DNA of 64,000 nt from Mytilus edulis. Lineage: Eukaryota. The translations under genes were made by a program, and so were the position numbers. The stretch lies in contig NC_092351.1 in assembly GCF_963676685.1 (NCBI RefSeq), forward strand, positions 35,898,001-35,962,000, written 5' to 3'. The notes beneath the pieces are model-generated. The model was not told the origin of the DNA, did not search any database, and saw only the letters and a program-made list of their open reading frames with translations. Positions 13,483-26,300 of the stretch are shown here, piece after piece (position 1 is the stretch's first letter; every line of letters starts with the position of its first letter).

Positions 13483-15750
13483 TGAGGCTACTATTTTGGG
13501 TAGTGAATGCAATATGAATTATTGGAGACGTCTAATTTAGTTCAAATGTTGTTGAGTAGTTGTTTTATTGACAATTACCCCATATCTTCAGTTGATTATG
13601 TTGACTTCCCCACACTGAACCTCAGTCAAACCAGTTAATAATAATTCCTTTGTTGGCTATACTTCCTGTAGCTCATTTTATCATTAAACCGACTTTAATA
13701 TATTATAGTACTTATAATCAGATATGTGGTAAACAAATTGTTTGTACAATTTTAAATCAACATATTGATCTGTCTTTTTATGGGAAAATAAAGTGGTAAA
13801 TATTTTTGCAACGTCCCTGACACTACCAGTTTTGTTATAAGTTGTTAATTATACCATACATATACTTGGTCCAATGCTAATGTCCTGTACATGCATGTAA
13901 ATATATATGAAAGCATTTTACTCATTGATTTGCCACACATTCATTGTGAACTTTTGGCATGTTATATAAAGTTTAAAATAAAAACAAAACATGTAATTTT
14001 TTTAAGTTGATAAGTTAGTACTATTTATAGATTGAAAGCAGTAATGTTTATTTAGATGAATAGGTAAATTTTCTTTGTAGATAATTTGTATTAGTAAATG
14101 TAGGCAAGGAGACATCTTATGATGAAAATCTGTCTTCTGACATAATCTTAAAACAAAGACATTGATTTAATATCTTCTATGGTTCAGTCTGTTCTATTAA
14201 GAATTTATGTAGTAATATTTTGTTTACTGATGTTTGCATTGACTTTTTTACTTTTACAATAGTTCTGTGTCTATCTTTCTTTCACATCATTGTGTATTGT
14301 CCCGTTCACAGGTATCTTCTCTCTCTTTGTATTATTCCATTTGGTGCTTCAATGAGATCTTACTACAATGGTTTGGAATAGACATGTCTGAAGTCCAGCC
14401 TTAGGTCAAAGGCATGTGTAGCCTGTAAAAGATAAATAGCCACTTAAGCATGTGTAGTTTATAGCTAGCATAGCTTCACATACCATCTATAGGCATGTGA
14501 TTTTAGCACTTCATAGTGGCATTAGCCATAGGCATGTGTAGTCCAACATAGCCCCATAGCCCATCAGTATGTATAGTTTTATAACATAGCCACATATGAT
14601 ATGCCATTGGCATAAGAATAAGTCCAGCATAGCAGTATAGGAACTAGACATGTGTTGGTACATGCAAATATGAATATGTGGTAGGTTTGTTTTTAAAGCC
14701 GTGGTACATTTGTATGAAGTGTTGAACAAAACAGAAGAAATGAAAACAAAAATCTATATTTACATGTTCAATCATGAATCTCCATCAAGTAAAAGATTGA
14801 AGGTTAGTTTTTTTTTATTAACTTACATTGAAAGTACAACTAAGCCACATTATATAATGGGCTACAGGACTTAAATATTACAATGTATTCCCCAGCTTGA
14901 CTCTTGACTGGAGAAAAACAATGAAAGCCCAAACTATCATGGGCAGAGCTCAGAGTTTGATAGCATAGCAATTATTGAAACCTTTGAGTTTCTTGTAGTG
15001 AATTGAGGGGGAGGGGTACTTCTCTATGATATGCGATGTTGTTGTTTATTTATAAACCATATGTTCCAATATTTGATCTTTGTTATTGTTTGGTTGCTAT
15101 TGCATGTATTGTATTAACTTTCTTCAGGTAGTAAAATATAGACTGTAAAGTTGATTGAACTTTATAAAGGTGCATTAATTGTTTATTCCTGTAAAAGGGA
15201 GTAGTTTAATTTAAACATACATTTGATTCATAAATTCTATTTAATTTATGACAGGAAATATTAATGTCACCAAATAGAGAAGTGATTATAACATGGATCT
15301 TTATTGCAGTTTAGCTATGATATATGGAGGGGAAGACAAAAAATTAAGCATTCTTCACAGTTACATAAGTGCCAGGCAATCAAACGGTTTTGTAATTTAA
15401 AATGGCAATAAATGTATACCTTAGCAAAAAATATTGCCCTAAATAATACTACACACCGCCTACTTGATTTGGTAAAATGATTTGTCATGTTAAGACTGTT
15501 GTCAGGGCTATAACAAGTTACATTTACACCTGTGGTGTTTCTTTTGTATGTGTCCCAGGTCTATAGAACAATAAATGCGGAAACAGGTAATAAAAAAGCA
15601 TCAGATTTCCGTGTCCACCCAACCATAAAATGTTTACCTTAGACCGACCAGAAATACCATCTTTTGTTATAACATTCTTTCACCTTAACAATAGAATGTT
15701 TGCTTCACTGATGAGTTCCCGTGAAGGAGAATTGTACAGATCTGTACAAA

Positions 15751-15953
15751 TAGGTTAAGACGTGTACTTATATTGTCCCTATACAGATAAAACAAGACCA
15801 AAAGTAAAACATAGGTTAAGACGTGTACTTATATTGTCCCTATACAGATAAAACAAGACCAAAAGTAAAACATAGGTTAAGACGTGTACTTATATTGTCC
15901 CTATACAGATAAAACAAGACCAAAAGTAAAACAAAGGTTAAGATGGGTACTTT
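15751..15953. repeat. 61-bp minisatellite, ~3.3 copies
   Basis: TAGGTTAAGACGTGTACTTATATTGTCCCTATACAGATAAAACAAGACCAAAAGTAAAACA at 15751, 15812 and 15873. Confidence 0.95.
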
Positions 15954-17238
15954 TACAGGGGAAAAAAGAGGAAAGAGGACATTTTGTGAGATCTGACGAG
16001 ATTTGTCTGTTGTACTTAAACCTCATTTGATGGCCGTTCATTTTAAAGCAGACACATATAGTATCTTGAAGTCTGATGTTGTCTAGTGGCAACCCTTCAG
16101 AGAATGTTCAGTTGTCTTGTCAACAGATATAAAACTGGATTGGGGTTTCACATCATACTCAAATTTGCAGCCTGGTGAATTTTTTCTTGCATTGTTTTTA
16201 TATTTAGATGTGCTTATATTAAGAGGCTATATATATAATTGTCTCTTAAAAGGGTTAGGGTTATATAGAACTTGTATATGGATTGTCTCTTAAGAACAAT
16301 GTAGAAAATGACTTTTAAATGTTTTCCTGGTAACAAGTGTATCCTGGTTACTGAAGTGTATGTTCTAATGCAGAGATAAAAAATAAAAGTGATGTTCTGA
16401 ATAATTAAGAAATTGATACAGCTTAGCTATATTGAATTTTTGAAATGATTTAATAATTTGATATATTTTCTAATACTGATGTCCAAAAAACCTTAGGGTT
16501 GCTATAAGAAGGGGTAGTTAACCATGTATTAGTAAGGTGTTTAAATAGTAAATACATTTGTACATGTAAATTTTAATAGGACAATTTTAGATTTCTTATT
16601 GCATGGTGGTTGTTAAAATATTAAAAGGGTCCTCGATTTTTCATATATTTTTTTTCCGGAAAGATTACTAGAATTTCTAATGCGTTTCAAGGGCTAAAGC
16701 TCTTTTAGCACTAAAGTTTTTTTCACACCTGGCTCATGCCCTCTACAAATGACCTTGATTGATTCTTAGACATATCGATAACACTATTATATACTTAGTC
16801 TACTGATGCAGATTAAACAGTGCATGGACCTTGAAACAGGTTAATAACCTAACAGGTTGAAACAGACTGCAATGAATTCATTAACATCTCACCTAGATAA
16901 TATAGGCTCTGTAATTTAGACTTTCACATATATGGTGTAGACCATTTAGTAAAATCGTGAAGTCTTATTTTGGTGTACTTTTATTGTTGGGTTGTTGGTT
17001 CCTTCTATTTCACCCGAAGTGTCAATTGTGTTGAAGGGTAATGAAGACCCATTGGTGGCCTTGGGCAGTTTTCTGCCATTTTGGTCAGATTGTTGTCTCT
17101 TTGACACATTCCCTGTTTTCATTCTCTATTCTATTTTTCCATTTTCTCCAAGCTCTGTTCATAGTTTATGCTTTTCTTGAATAGTTTGCAAGCTTATTAG
17201 AGATTGTGTAATACAAGTACTGATATGGTACCAGTATA

Positions 17239-17442
17239 CTGTAAATTCAGAAATTATTGCATGCATTTATTATTGGGATTTTGTCATTTTTGACTAAAAT
17301 GTGATTTTAATTTTTCGCGATTTTGAGACATCCTGTTCAATTCATATAAAAGATTTCAAATGCGAGTTTAATTTATTGCAATTGTAACCCTGTTGCATTT
17401 TTCGCAATAACAAAAACCTCACAATAATTTCTGAATTTACAG
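17239..17442. mobile_element. Tc1/mariner-type MITE with TA TSD
   Basis: TA|CTGTAAATTCAGAAATTATTG ... CAATAATTTCTGAATTTACAG|TA, a 21-bp perfect TIR. Confidence 0.85.
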
Positions 17443-17764
17443 TATACAATTCTTTCCTGATCTTTCAAGTCTGGACACTGGTCTGGACATCTGAATTGAC
17501 CATGCAGTAGACAGACAATGAATTATGGATAACAAGACATCATTCTTGGTCAGTTCATGTAAGACATGTTTACTCTATTGTTACCTTACATGTTGTAACA
17601 GAACATAATTATCTACCTGGCTAACACCTGAACTATCTACCTGATAAATGTGTCTTGTTATTGTTAGTCTCAAGTCCTTGTCATAAATAACATGTGTGTT
17701 GACCTGTGACAACTTATTTTTTTTCTTCCTTCCTTAGGGTGTATCCCTTGTCATATATGTATTA

Positions 17765-17950
17765 CTGTAAATTCACAAATTATGGAGTGCATTTTGTATG
17801 GCAATTTTTGAAGAAAGGACAAAAATGCGGAAAAAAATATTGCAATTTCATGAAATTCTGCATACACTTTTATGTACATCAGAAATCAGATTGCAAGTAA
17901 ATGTGATTATCACCCACTATAATATAAACCTCACAATTCTGAATTTACAG
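17765..17950. mobile_element. Second, more diverged copy of the same MITE family
   Basis: TA|CTGTAAATTCA ... TGAATTTACAG|TA, with internal similarity to 17239-17442. Confidence 0.75.
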
Positions 17951-20900
17951 TACCCGGTACTTTTAAAAATATTAGGTTCTGTATTTTCTATACCAAATAT
18001 TAGGTTCTGTATTTTCTATACCAAATATTGAATAGTACTAGTTCATGTAGTTTTACAGTAAAAAAGCATTGTTTCTTTGAAACTCAATTCCAGTTTTCTA
18101 TTCTATATACCATTCTTCTTTCGATCTCTTTCTGCAAAGTCTGGACATGTTCAAGTGACCATATTGCTATAGCTTATTAAGTATTCAGTCAAAAAGGATT
18201 GTTCAATGAATTTTATGAATGAAAAAAATTACAAGTAATGTAACATCTTTGTATAACTGCACCTTCACTAATGTGTTTGTAACATATGCTGAATAAAATG
18301 TACTGCAATTAAAAATTTAAACATACATTCAGCAGCTGATTGACCTAAAACAGCAACATTTTGTAGTTTACAGTAGGGTAAAGAGATTTTAATGCAGATT
18401 TAAGTTTCGTGAGTCAGAAACTGATATGCCTCCACAATTCATCAATTATTTTTCTTCAGCCATTGTTTAAAACAAACAAGAAGTTTTATATGAACTACCA
18501 TTCTTAGAACTATAATAGGGTTGATATATTGTTTTTCAAATGTCATGTGGTACATTTCTTTGAAGTTCCAGTGAAAGTTCCATAACACCTTGATCTGTCA
18601 AGTTCTACTGGCAGAAAAAAGCTGTCTATAACTCTCTCTCTAATTTCTTCTATAGTAGATGTCTTTAATCTGAAGAAGTCTACCATTGATTGAAGTGTTA
18701 ATTGTGTGACTCTTATTTTAGAAATAAGAAATAACCATCTAAAATAAATGCAATGTACTTGTATGAAAGAAATGAAGGGTGTTTGAACTCGTGCTTGAAA
18801 ATAAATGCGAACAAATGTACTCGGGGCAAAAGACGGTCAACCTGTTTCTTGTATACAGTTTATGAATGCTAATAGTATAAGTAGATTAACTACATACAAA
18901 ACAACATGTTTGTGTTTGTTGGTTTTCTCTTGAAATCTTTCACATTTTGTCCAGCTGGTGGCTTTGATAAATAACTAAAAAGTTTGTGTTTTGCTCATTG
19001 TTGAATAGTGCAGTGCCCTATAGTGACTTTCTCATCCTTTAGGTCTCGGATGGATATGTGCCTTTGGTAATCATTTCATACTTCCTTGACCTTATTTATG
19101 TATTCTCTATAACCTTGCTAACAATACTAGATGATTCCCTCTAACAGCAGGGTATGTCATATAATATGTATAGACAATAACAGCTTATTGTTATCTGTTG
19201 CTAACTATGTTCCACTGCAAGCTTTCTATTTGGGTTGACAGCTTTTAGACTAATAAATTGCCTTTACTATTGAAGTTTAGAAAGTAAGCATATCCAATGC
19301 ACTTGGAGTAATCCTTATGATGTGCATCTATCAGAATTGATTAGCTGACTTGTAATTTATTTTAAATTGACTTCTCAACGGGAGTTAGAAACTTTAAAAC
19401 GAAAACAAATATTTTCTTCAGTTGCTACAATAAAAATCAAGGCTATCAGTACTTTGTACTGGGCTATCTACTTAGAGAACGAATATGTATACATAAATTT
19501 CTCAAATATGGACTCTATTGTTTTGTCATTTAATAAGTGTTCACCGAGGAAATCCTGAATGGAGGGACACTTCAGTACAGTTGATTTGTTTCTTCCCGTA
19601 ATGCACTTAACTGCTTGCAAAATCGGACAAGAAAGTCAACATTTAAGCACTCCTAATTTGTCATGTGACAGTTTTGTGAATCATATAAAGAGTGTTCTAC
19701 AGGTAATCTACGTACAGTGAAATTTTCTTGAATCAAATCTCGTACTGACGTAAGATCAGGGCTATAGTCGTGATAAAAGTTGTTTACAAAGAAAAATGTT
19801 TCCGGTTTTTCTATGTATTTGAGCTGAATTATATTAATATGTATGTTATAATGACAGGTTAGGTAATTGTTAGTAATAAAAGTGATATTGCTTCGAGCAT
19901 TTGTCGTTCATTCTTTTTTAGGTTGAAAAATTAAGCGATAGTCACGTAAGATTGACTTTTGTTATATCTTGTTTATATGACATCTTATGAGGTATATATT
20001 GTACTATAAAAACTCCCACACTGAATATAAATATATTCTTTCTAATTATTTTATTATAACTTTTGATTTTTGAAAGTAATAAAAAAAATATGGCCATGTT
20101 TCTTTCCTTATTTATGATAGATGTATGTTCATTTGACTTTCAAATTTTGAAAAAAAAATTGAACATTTCCCAAAAATTACCATATTTTAAATTAAAATAT
20201 TTATGTACTATGATGAGATGTTTCTTAGAACAACATACAGTTAGTAAATGACAATAGAAATTATACCTATTCAAGAGATGACAAACAATTCTTTAGTTTT
20301 TATACATATTGTAAAAAATACATATTTTATGATATTATTTAGAGAAAACAATAATTTATGGAATGACAGTTATTAGTTCTACGCAGATGATCATTTGATA
20401 CAAACTTACAGAAATACATTTATGATTAATATGAATGAAAGCATGACTTGCTATTTTAGTCAATAAGAAAAGTCTACAATATTTTTTTGTTTTTTTGTTT
20501 AATGATAAATAAAGCCATATTGAAAAGATACGATCAATATCTCGTCAAACCATCGGTACTTTTGAAATAAACAGGAAGTGTGTTCTGAAGTAAACATCAA
20601 ACTTTATTCAATTGATTATTAACTTGGTACGATTGATTGTGTATAGTTAATGCGGTACTTTTATAATTCCAGTTATTTAATGAGTACATTCAGTCAATAA
20701 AAGTTTACAATTCTTTAAGTAAAATATTCTGCAAACACTGCTATTGTTTATGATCAATTGTTCAAATGCCATTTTAATACAAGGTTTATTGTTTAAATTA
20801 TTATTGGCTCACAGGTCACAAATATGTAGTATGTTATACAAGTTGATTGTCCTTGTTCATGCGATGATGGGAAGTGAATATCATGATATTGATTTTGTCA

Positions 20901-22379
20901 GCATCTGAATCTGAATTATCTCCCTTATATTAAGAACTCAATGGATTCAAACAGGAAACTTTATTCGGTAATTTGTCTACTTTTCAGGTTAATTTACATA
21001 TGATACAAGGGATAATGTCATAAATTCTAAGAAAATCTGTTTCAATTTCCTTTATAATATCCTTGACCCAATTGAAAGCTTCTAGGAGCATGTAGGTGTT
21101 TTTGTAGTGTATTCCATTTAGCAATAGCAGGATTATGCATCAGTAAAGGTTACAAGGGTTCAGTCATTACCATTTTTGATTAACAACTCCTAAACAGTAA
21201 AGAATTTTAATTAAACTGCCAAAACATGTTTATCTTTTCCCTGGTTTTTCTATTAGTAATTAAAAGAAAATGGTATACCTCTACGGAACAACAACCAAAT
21301 GATACACAGATGCAGATTCACCAATTTCCAAAAGGGGGTTCAAACCCCCCAGAACACCATGCAATGTTCACATAATTTATTTTAAAAAAAAGAGGGGGGT
21401 GTATTAACCATTGATTAACAATATTCATGATCATGATTATAAGTACCCACAAAACTTTTAGAATTTACAGTAATTGATGGAAATGATGTGAAATCAGCTT
21501 ATATTTTAATGAAGGCACAGCTCTTTTAAGAAGCATTTATCAGTAATTTTGTGTTAAATATTGAGAAAAAATGAGATTTTGAAAAGGGGGAGGGCGCACC
21601 AACAAGGCATAAACCCAAAGGCAGATTTAGGTAGAGGTAGGGGATGTGCAGGCTCCCTCTTATGAAGGTACAAATATAGTTAATTCATAGAGTTCTTGCA
21701 TTTCCCTCTCTCAACCTTCAAACTTTGCCTGGTTTGGCTCCCCTCTTATTTTTCAAAATCCTGTATCAGTATCTGTATCCATATATATATAGCTCCATTA
21801 GAGGGGCTAAGCACTCTGTCTCTCCTTAAATCTGTGCCTCTAATAAATCAACAAATCTATGTTACACACCTACATCAATATCAGGCAGTCATAGAAAAAA
21901 TAAGACTCAAACATTTGGTTCAGAATTGTCTCATTGGCGATCATACCATAATTTTTTCTTTTCTTTTTTATGATATATATATAATTAAAGAAGTCATATC
22001 CTTACTCCCTGTTTAAGAATTTAGGGGGGGGGGGATTGTTCAGTGTTATTATGGATTCCAATTTGGACAACGCTTTGTTTTGGTTCTTTTTAAATGTAAT
22101 TTTGTCAGTAGAAAAATACCAGATATTGCTACTGTACAGGTTCCCCTAGTCCTCCCTTCTAATACAGCCTGACAGTTCTTATATTTTGTGTACACTTGTA
22201 AAAAGGATTAAACTACGAGATTTAAAACCTTGATATTAATACATTATTATTTCACCTTTGCACCTTCAAGTTAGGTACATTATAGGTGTGTTAGATTTAA
22301 TGTGTTTTGTTTATGATCACCTAAGTAATAATTTACTTATGACACACACATAGACTTTAAAAACAAGATATACAATTTT

Positions 22380-22730
22380 TATCTTATCCTGTTTCCTTAT
22401 TACCTATCAGTGTGTGAAGTGATTTTTACCTGTATTCACCTGTTCTCACTAAATACACCTATATCCCCCCATTAACAAAAGCCTTTTTCATTATTCAATA
22501 CTTTTGATATTGAATATAAATTTTCCTAATCTTAATCCCCCTTGAGCTGTTTTTGTCACTTTATCAAGGTAATTCATTTCCTACTTGTATACAAGGTATT
22601 CATATCGGCAAACATATTTCCTACACTGTATATGACCTAGAAAAAGAGGTCATGTGACTGTCAGCTATAGTTTACTTCCTATGCATGGTTGTTGTTTGAC
22701 ATAACTGACTTCCTATCTCACAGAGGTATG
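22380..22730 (+). promoter_or_regulatory. Candidate proximal promoter/enhancer of the exon-1 isoform
   Basis: GTCATGTGAC (M-box/CLEAR-type E-box) at 22649-22658, ETS cores ACTTCCT at 22674-22680 and 22708-22714, and further TTTCCT cores at about 22390, 22577 and 22616, all 0.4-0.7 kb upstream of the ATG. Confidence 0.4.
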
Positions 22731-23096
22731 TGTAAGCAAGACAGATTGTCACTGATTAACAATTATTGACAATTTTACTCAAATTGGAAATTTATTACTT
22801 GGAATAATAGACATTAGTAACATATTATAGAAAACACATGTGGATTTTTTTTATATTTAATTGATTTGTTAGTGTGACTAGTGTGTAACACATCATTTGA
22901 AGAAGACTACCTATTTTTGTCAATATTTGTGAGGACAAACATCAACTAGTAACATGCAATATTTCACTGGACAAAATATTGCATTTAGTTTTTTGAAATA
23001 GTAAATACTGTTTTTTAAAAACAAGGTTTTAAGGAATAAATTAAAAAGTGAAGGAATTGAAATTGCCTCAAAAGTTACAGTTCTTTTAAAATAAAA

Positions 23097-23301
23097 ATGA
23101 TGGATTACAGAATTGCCGCTAATTATATATCTCCAATGGATTATGAAACCTCTCCGGTGTTAGATTTATCTATGAAAAAGGAGAGACGGGAGTCTGTAAT
23201 GTCGGAAGATAGTTCTATTGACCAAGGACTTGATTTTGGAGAATCTAAAAAAGACACTAGTAGTGCTAAAACCTACAAAAAGAAACTTCTAACAAGATAT
23301 T
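23097..23301 (+). CDS. E74: E74 coding exon 1 ([10 protein letters not shown]...PVLDLSMKK...[11 protein letters not shown])
   Basis: ATG at 23097, open frame, and a strong donor T|GTAAGT at 23302 (phase 1) compatible with exon 2. Confidence 0.85.
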
Positions 23302-26300
23302 GTAAGTTTTCTTATATTAATCTCTGGTTTTTTTACCTTCCTTTTTTCAGTACTCTTTTTAAATTCAGATTTTGATTTTTCAAAAGCAGCTACATGTATG
23401 AACATTGAATTGAAAAATTAAGTAATTTGAATTTATTGTACATTTATGTGGTGGAGAAGACTGAAAAAATGTAGTAATTTTAATAGCGGGTATATATATA
23501 TTTAAATGATATTGTGAAGAAAAAAATCATATGATTTTTTAATGTTAATTCCCTCAGGCCACATTTTCACAAAATTTGGAAGTATGATTTTCTATTTTAA
23601 ATTTAATTGTTTCCTAAGAATAATCATCATTTCACAAATTTTGAATGCGGAGATTCATCATTCTTATGATATTGAATTTTATATTCAAATAATTATGCAC
23701 TTATTTAAACTGACGACTTTTTTTGTGCAGTAATTTGGTGTGACGATAGTAGTCATTTTAATATTTGACGTCACCCAATTCATTCCTGTTGACATTACGC
23801 AAGGTTGGGTGGGTTATAATCGGAAATACAATGTATAAGAACCAAAAGGATTTAAATACATATATATTCTAGTAATTTGACAAGCCAGCTATTATCTAAA
23901 CCTGTCTTGTCAAGTTTTTTTTCTCATGTCATGTTTTTTAGTGTCATGGTTATTTCTAACAATATTATTTCATTTTACTTTTTATGGAAAGAAAAGGTAT
24001 TCATAACACGATATAATAAGTATATCTGTCGGTAAAAAGATATGTTCAAAATGAAAAGCTTTATCTTTACATTCTTGGAAGTTCAAATGACGACCTTAGA
24101 ATTTGAATTGTTCCTGTTTAATTTGTCTGATTTCTACTAAAGGAAGTCTTAATTTGTTGGAACAATCAAGGGCGAATTTGATAATGATCAAATTTAAATT
24201 TCTTGAGGATTCGTTAACAGGTTGATAATAGCACTTTTCAGTATTTAAATGTCTTTCTTTTCAGTTCTAAAAACTTGAAAATGTTTTACATAAATAGATT
24301 TTAGAGCATAATTTGAGATAACAAGATAAATGTATTATGTCGGGAGATCATATCTCCCCCATTTAATAGTTATACAGTAAGTGATGGGATGTTTGTTAAT
24401 CAGGGACTTAGATTCCTCAATTACTAGGGTTGAACAGTACTTTACCTCAATGTTTACTTGACCACCATCAAAAATGTTAAAAGCAGGCAAATCAACAAGA
24501 CTAACATCATTATTTATGGTGCAGTGTCAGCATTTAACCAGCAATAACAACATAATAACTAATGTTAGATTTGGGTTAACAATTGTGATTTTATGAATTA
24601 AAATAATATTTCAAAAAAGTTCTTTATCATATCTGTAAAGGGAGGGTCTAATTTATTGAGATCATTTATATGTATAAACATTTAAAAAATTGAGAAAGTA
24701 GATTTTTATCAAAACTTTTAATAATTTTTTCTGAGTTTTTTTTTTTTAAGCCAGCACAGATGTTCAGTCCTACCTATAGAAATGTTGTTAATAAGTTGAG
24801 TAAATGTGACAACCTTTAGATACAGAACACCTGCTCCATGGCCTTTGTAGTGCATTCTATTCGTTCTCATATTTATTCAAATTTCTTGCTTTCTATAAAA
24901 CTAAACACAGAAAAATTGTCTGAAAGTTTGCAAGATTTTATGAATTTCAATATATTTTTTGGGGGTAATTAAAGTTATCTTTGAATAAAAAAATGACCAG
25001 CTCACAAATGCATTAATAATTTGGTTTCCTTAATTTGCCTTTTTTTTACATATAAATTGTTATGAATTCAACCTCTCTCAAATGATTTTACTGCAGAAAT
25101 AAGGGGAAAAAATGTTAGAAGTAAAGTACTGTGGTGTTGATAGAGGTATTATGATTAATGATTTGTTTTGCTAAAAGCAGATTACATAATTTTGTATACA
25201 TAAACTACATATTTCACAAATGTAAAGGCCTGATGAACTGACAATTTTCATGGTTTTTAAAAGCCTTTCTGAAATGCATGAAATGAACTGTTTTTGGTTT
25301 CCAAATACACATTTAGTTAGTTCTACACTCTTTTTAAATGGGAAATCTTGAAACTCGAGTATACATGTACATGTACATTTATACTCTGTATACTTTGCAT
25401 TGCTTTATATCTTTTTCTTGTGTGTTAAAGAAGTATAAGGAACTCAATGTACTCCAGGGACTTTCAGTCATAAATCTTTACTTAGTACTGGAGTATGTAG
25501 AAAAGTTTTATGAACAGAAGCCATGGTATTTATATATATATATATATCTTCGCAGGTGAGCAACATTGAAAATCTTGTTCTAATTAGATTAGGTCAAACT
25601 ACATAAGCTTTATTCCATCTATGTCAAGCGAGTTGGTTATTAAGTCATTCAATGTCATGTATTTTGCCTCAGTTGTATTTTTTTTTGTCTTAGTGAATTA
25701 GGCCTGTGTTGAGATGTATTTCAATTGATGATTTATTATCTGCCCTTGATTTGAATTGGACATTTACATTCTAAAGTAATAGAAATTCTGGCTTATTATA
25801 TTTATATACAAATATATATGAATGAGAAACAGTCATCAGAGGTTAAAAATAATTATTAAAACTGAGCAGTTTTTGTAGTATTTAAACAAATTTTAAAAAG
25901 TGAACAAATTCAGGGGATTTAGTAAATTTTCAAGTGGATTTATTAGCATAATTCTTACATAAAATGTATATATTCATGTGGAGCATGTTGAATTCATCAC
26001 ACATATGTTGTTGTACCTACACAACTATTGACAAACATGTACCGTATGTAATTACCATTAATTCCAAGTTTACATATGTATGTTGGAAAAAGCCCAAGGA
26101 CAACCTTACTAGTATATCTAGGTCGGTGATCTTGACAATTTTGTCGCTGGTGACGACTTTGTTAATATTATATAGTCGTGGGGGCATTCTCCATTGTACA
26201 ACTTAGTCCCTCCAGGGTCCACTCAAACACAGAAATATTCATTGTGAATGATCAAAATTAACAAAGTTGTCATTTTTTGTCTTGTTTCCGTAGTCACGCC

